A stretch of 64,000 bases of DNA from Raillietiella orientalis (Eukaryota). A model generated the notes under the pieces. That model had not been told where the DNA came from. It made no database searches and saw nothing but the letters and a program-made list of their open reading frames with translations. Of this stretch, positions 61,236-64,000 are shown piece by piece (positions within the stretch are counted from its first letter, which is position 1; every line of letters begins with the position of its first letter). A program made the translations under genes and the position numbers. Location: assembly GCA_036172245.1 (NCBI GenBank), contig JAYWIR010000038.1:1736001-1800000 (forward strand), read 5' to 3'.

Positions 61236-62449
61236 ACCATCTCTTCCCCTTGAAGACCCAAAGTCGGAGAAAGAGGCACAAGGGTTCCTGGAACCCCCTT
61301 CCCTCCCGCGAGGCCAAAGATTGGTGTTCCTCGGATGACATCGTCCGAACAGGAATGGTCCGATCAGCCTCTTCAGAGCAGAGCGATGGGGAGATGGGGG
61401 GAGCAACATGGAGCGCAGCTCGTTTTTCCGTTGTCGGGGATTCCCGTCTGGATGAGGCAAGGGAAAGCTTCCCTGATGCCATGCTGCCGTCGAGCGCAGC
61501 AAGCCGCATTGCGTCCTGCTCCGAAAAAAATCCCTAGCCGTTTCCCCTTGCTCGCCTCTGCAGTTCTCAGGGCGCCGGAACGTTCCGGGAGGCGGGGGAG
61601 AAGCAGCGCCCTCTCCTCTTAAACGCTACAATCTCTCCTTTGATCTCGCGCATCCACTCTGGCACCCGTTTCCCATGAAGATGGATGCATTCTTCACAGG
61701 GTAGCGAGCCGGTGAGTTCTGTCGGAAGAGAAGAAGTGAGACAGACAACGACAAAAAGGGGGGCTCAAGGAAACCTCTTGTTTTTGTGTCGTGGGGCTTC
61801 CCGGATGATGGCTGGGACCAAATGGATCCCGGACACGTAGGCGAAAGAAAAGATAACCGGACGCTACCGTTTTTGCAGCCCATCCTTTTGTTTATGGATC
61901 GGTGATGAAGCTGATCCAACGATGCATGGCCTTCTCTTCTTCCATCCCCATCATCCATCATCTACCGAAAGAATGCCTTCCGGCCCGCAAAGTGAATCGG
62001 ATGTTTTCTGTTTTTGCAGCTCCCCCCCTCCCCGCCCCTGCTCTCGGCTGCTCCCCGCCGGTTCGCACGATCCGCAGCTCCGAAAGTCGAAAAGACTGCT
62101 GTCCCTGCCCCTTCGCGGCGGGGCCTGCCCGCCGCCGCCTTCCTCGGCGGCGCGCTCTCTCCTCTTCGCCGAAGCCGGGCTCGAAAATCCACAGCGCAGC
62201 GGCCAGCCAGAAGACTCTTCTTGCCTCGAGAAGTTTTTGCCGCTGCTGCTGCTGTTGTCGTTTTTGCTGGTCGCCGGGCGTTCCGACTGCTGCTCGCGCT
62301 CGCCTCTTGCTCCTCTTCCCCGCTGGCACCACAGCGGAAACTCCCGCTCGCGCGAGTCCGCGATGACGTGCGGGAGACGCGCGCGCGTTTGGGAAACGGG
62401 CCGAGATTGGGACGCAACCTGGATCCGAGCAATTGACCGCTGTATTATT

Positions 62450-63624
62450 TATTTATTAATGCTTCCTGAAGCCCGTCGATTACGGTTAGCCCATGCTGAC
62501 TCGCGTTCGTAGCTGAATGAATTGCATGCCTCCATCTGCCTTCCAGCTCGTGCTCTCCCTCAATCATCCCGGAACATAAAATGTATCTTATGCACGAAAT
62601 TCCAGGGTCGTTTGAGCCGTTTCATTAACTCAGGGAAGCTGATAAGCACCAGCTTGATTTGGATGCTAAGTTGTGATGCCAATGAGATCACGCAAGCATA
62701 TTTGATTGCATCTCGATTATCAAACTGCATGGCACTGCCCGACGCGTAAATTGCATACCTTTCCAGTGCGCCATTCAATTAAAAGCTGAAAATTGGTGAC
62801 AGGATCTGTGAATGTCGCCTGTGCTGATATGGAAGATTTATGAAAGTGTCATTTCGTATTTTTTTTCTTTCTATCGTTTTTTTTGGGGGGGGGGGTTCCT
62901 TTTTTATTGTTCCATTTAGTAATTGTGACACTGGACAGGTCAGAGAAGCACGCAACGAGGCACTCCTGAATCTGCATGTAACAAAAACGACTGGTTACTA
63001 TGGATACCCTCCTCCGCATGCCGGCATGTGGAGCACTCTGATAATTTCCCGAAAGATGAAGACTTTGCATTCTTACGAAACGTTTGAAATTTTAATAGTC
63101 TGCCTTCGTGAAGCACAGGACCGTTTGTGCTCGTCTTGGTGTTTGCTCTGGCATTCGACGTCACAGATGTGTAGGACTGCAACAACGGGTGAGGAGACGA
63201 GTAGCTTGCTGGAAACTCTCAAAGAACGTCTCTGGGAAAGAAGAAATGGTGGAAATGGTACACGGGGCAGCGAGAGCGCAATTCCGTCCCTCAAACGTAC
63301 AGCCAAGTCACTCCAACTTCAAAATTAATAGGTAAGGAGAATCCGATTCCCGCTTCTGGACCTGTCAACTGCTCCCTGACCGGATGTTTGCATTGATGCG
63401 TTGGCAAATTGATTTTACAGATTTTTGTACACGCCGTTTCATTGAACGAGATGTGATCCGAGCCAAAAGTTCGATATTTTTTTTTAATTTACGTGCTCAG
63501 TAAAGTGTGCACGACCCCATCTTGCCGTGTAAATCGGACGTTCGGATGAGTTCATTGCCTCCGCACTACACTATTTATTCAAATTAAGAAAATAAGCTTC
63601 GGAATCATCCTCAGGCAAAAAAAA

Positions 63625-63671
<47 letters not shown>

Positions 63672-64000
63672 ATGCTCGTCTCTAACGACCCCTTGCTTTG
63701 CCAATTTGAAAGAAGGGGATGACTAAATGGCCCACCGTATTTGTATTAATAAGCTCCTTATTTTTGGTTATTCATCTGGCAGCTCTGGAGCCATCAAGTA
63801 TAAAGATAAACGTGCTGCATTCCTCATTAAGCTATTCAGTGTATGTTTCAGAAGAGTTTGGGGTATTTCGAAATCATATCTCTAATTGCCTGCTACTTAT
63901 CTTACAGAAGTGTGGAACAACAAAAGAAATTCTTTTACAAAGGGGATTGGCTGCCTTTGGACCAAGAGCTTCCCACAATTGATCCCATGTGTGTCTCGGT
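62450..64000 (-). pseudogene. Roco module M1 (partial, continues past right edge): end of Roc, COR, CARD-like domain; decayed
   Basis: Minus-strand fragments: 'FIFILDGSRAAR' (~63780-63810), like the Roc-end F-V-L-D motif of DAPK1-type Rocos. 'LILKLE*LGCTFEG' (~63290-63325) is COR-like. ORF 62849..63070 'QIQECLVACFSDLSSVTITKW' resembles a COR end. ORF 62560..62778 'ISFPELMKRLK...' followed by 'GRARAGRQMEAC...AW' is CARD-like. Confidence 0.55.
63626..63666. repeat. (CA)n microsatellite
   Basis: Uninterrupted CA dinucleotide run of about 20 units. Confidence 0.95.

Larger units (their letters stand above)
56930..62330 (-). pseudogene. Roco module M2: ankyrin repeats - Roc - COR - CARD-like; decayed, interrupted by LINE/SINE and an inverted duplication
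   Basis: Ankyrin-like: 'KNRKHPIHFAGRK' (ORF 61962..62432) and 'LAALDGSMASGKLSL...EKRAALHVA' (61078..61509). Roc: degenerate P-loop 'SLGDAAEVAPNTLEGL' (58757..59188) and switch I-like 'EKATQDEDIRQ' (58642..58836). COR: 'RFVVYPAPLRQFLQVHL' (~57510-57560) and 'GSWPGCSQSSPADCPF' (57204..57671). CARD-like: ORF 56947..57279 'ALQVDILHAFDLEAY...RIQRALQSLAEGRRSRDPCF'. Confidence 0.65.

Noticed and set aside
1..64000. Long Arg/Pro/Gly-rich ORFs (e.g. 54211..55071, 48345..49127, 416..1108) as intact genes; CRISPR arrays or prokaryotic operons
   Set aside because: These ORFs are by-products of high GC, antisense to decayed modules or LINEs. No regularly spaced short direct repeats or operon-like gene packing were seen.

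Overview
Eukaryotic, probably animal, genomic DNA with no intact protein-coding gene, no CRISPR array and no genuine tRNA or rRNA gene that I can support. Read on the minus strand with frequent frame switches, almost all non-transposon DNA resolves into a head-to-tail array of about 13 decayed, mutually very divergent modules. Each has the domain order ankyrin repeats - Roc GTPase - COR - CARD-like death fold, i.e. a DAPK1-like Roco architecture without a kinase. The array runs off both window edges. At most junctions the CARD-like block sits within about 50-200 bp of the next module's ankyrin repeats, and COR runs directly into CARD. This suggests one giant multi-module 'poly-Roco' gene, now pseudogenised, rather than separate genes. 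The array is interrupted by L1/Tx1-like LINE remnants that share a 3' AATAAA plus stem-loop terminus, by a ~700-bp tRNA-derived SINE family, and by two internal inverted duplications, one of them ~1.1 kb and near-identical. All domain calls come from by-eye motif recognition in frameshifted sequence. They need profile-HMM confirmation, and boundaries are approximate (about +/-100 bp).
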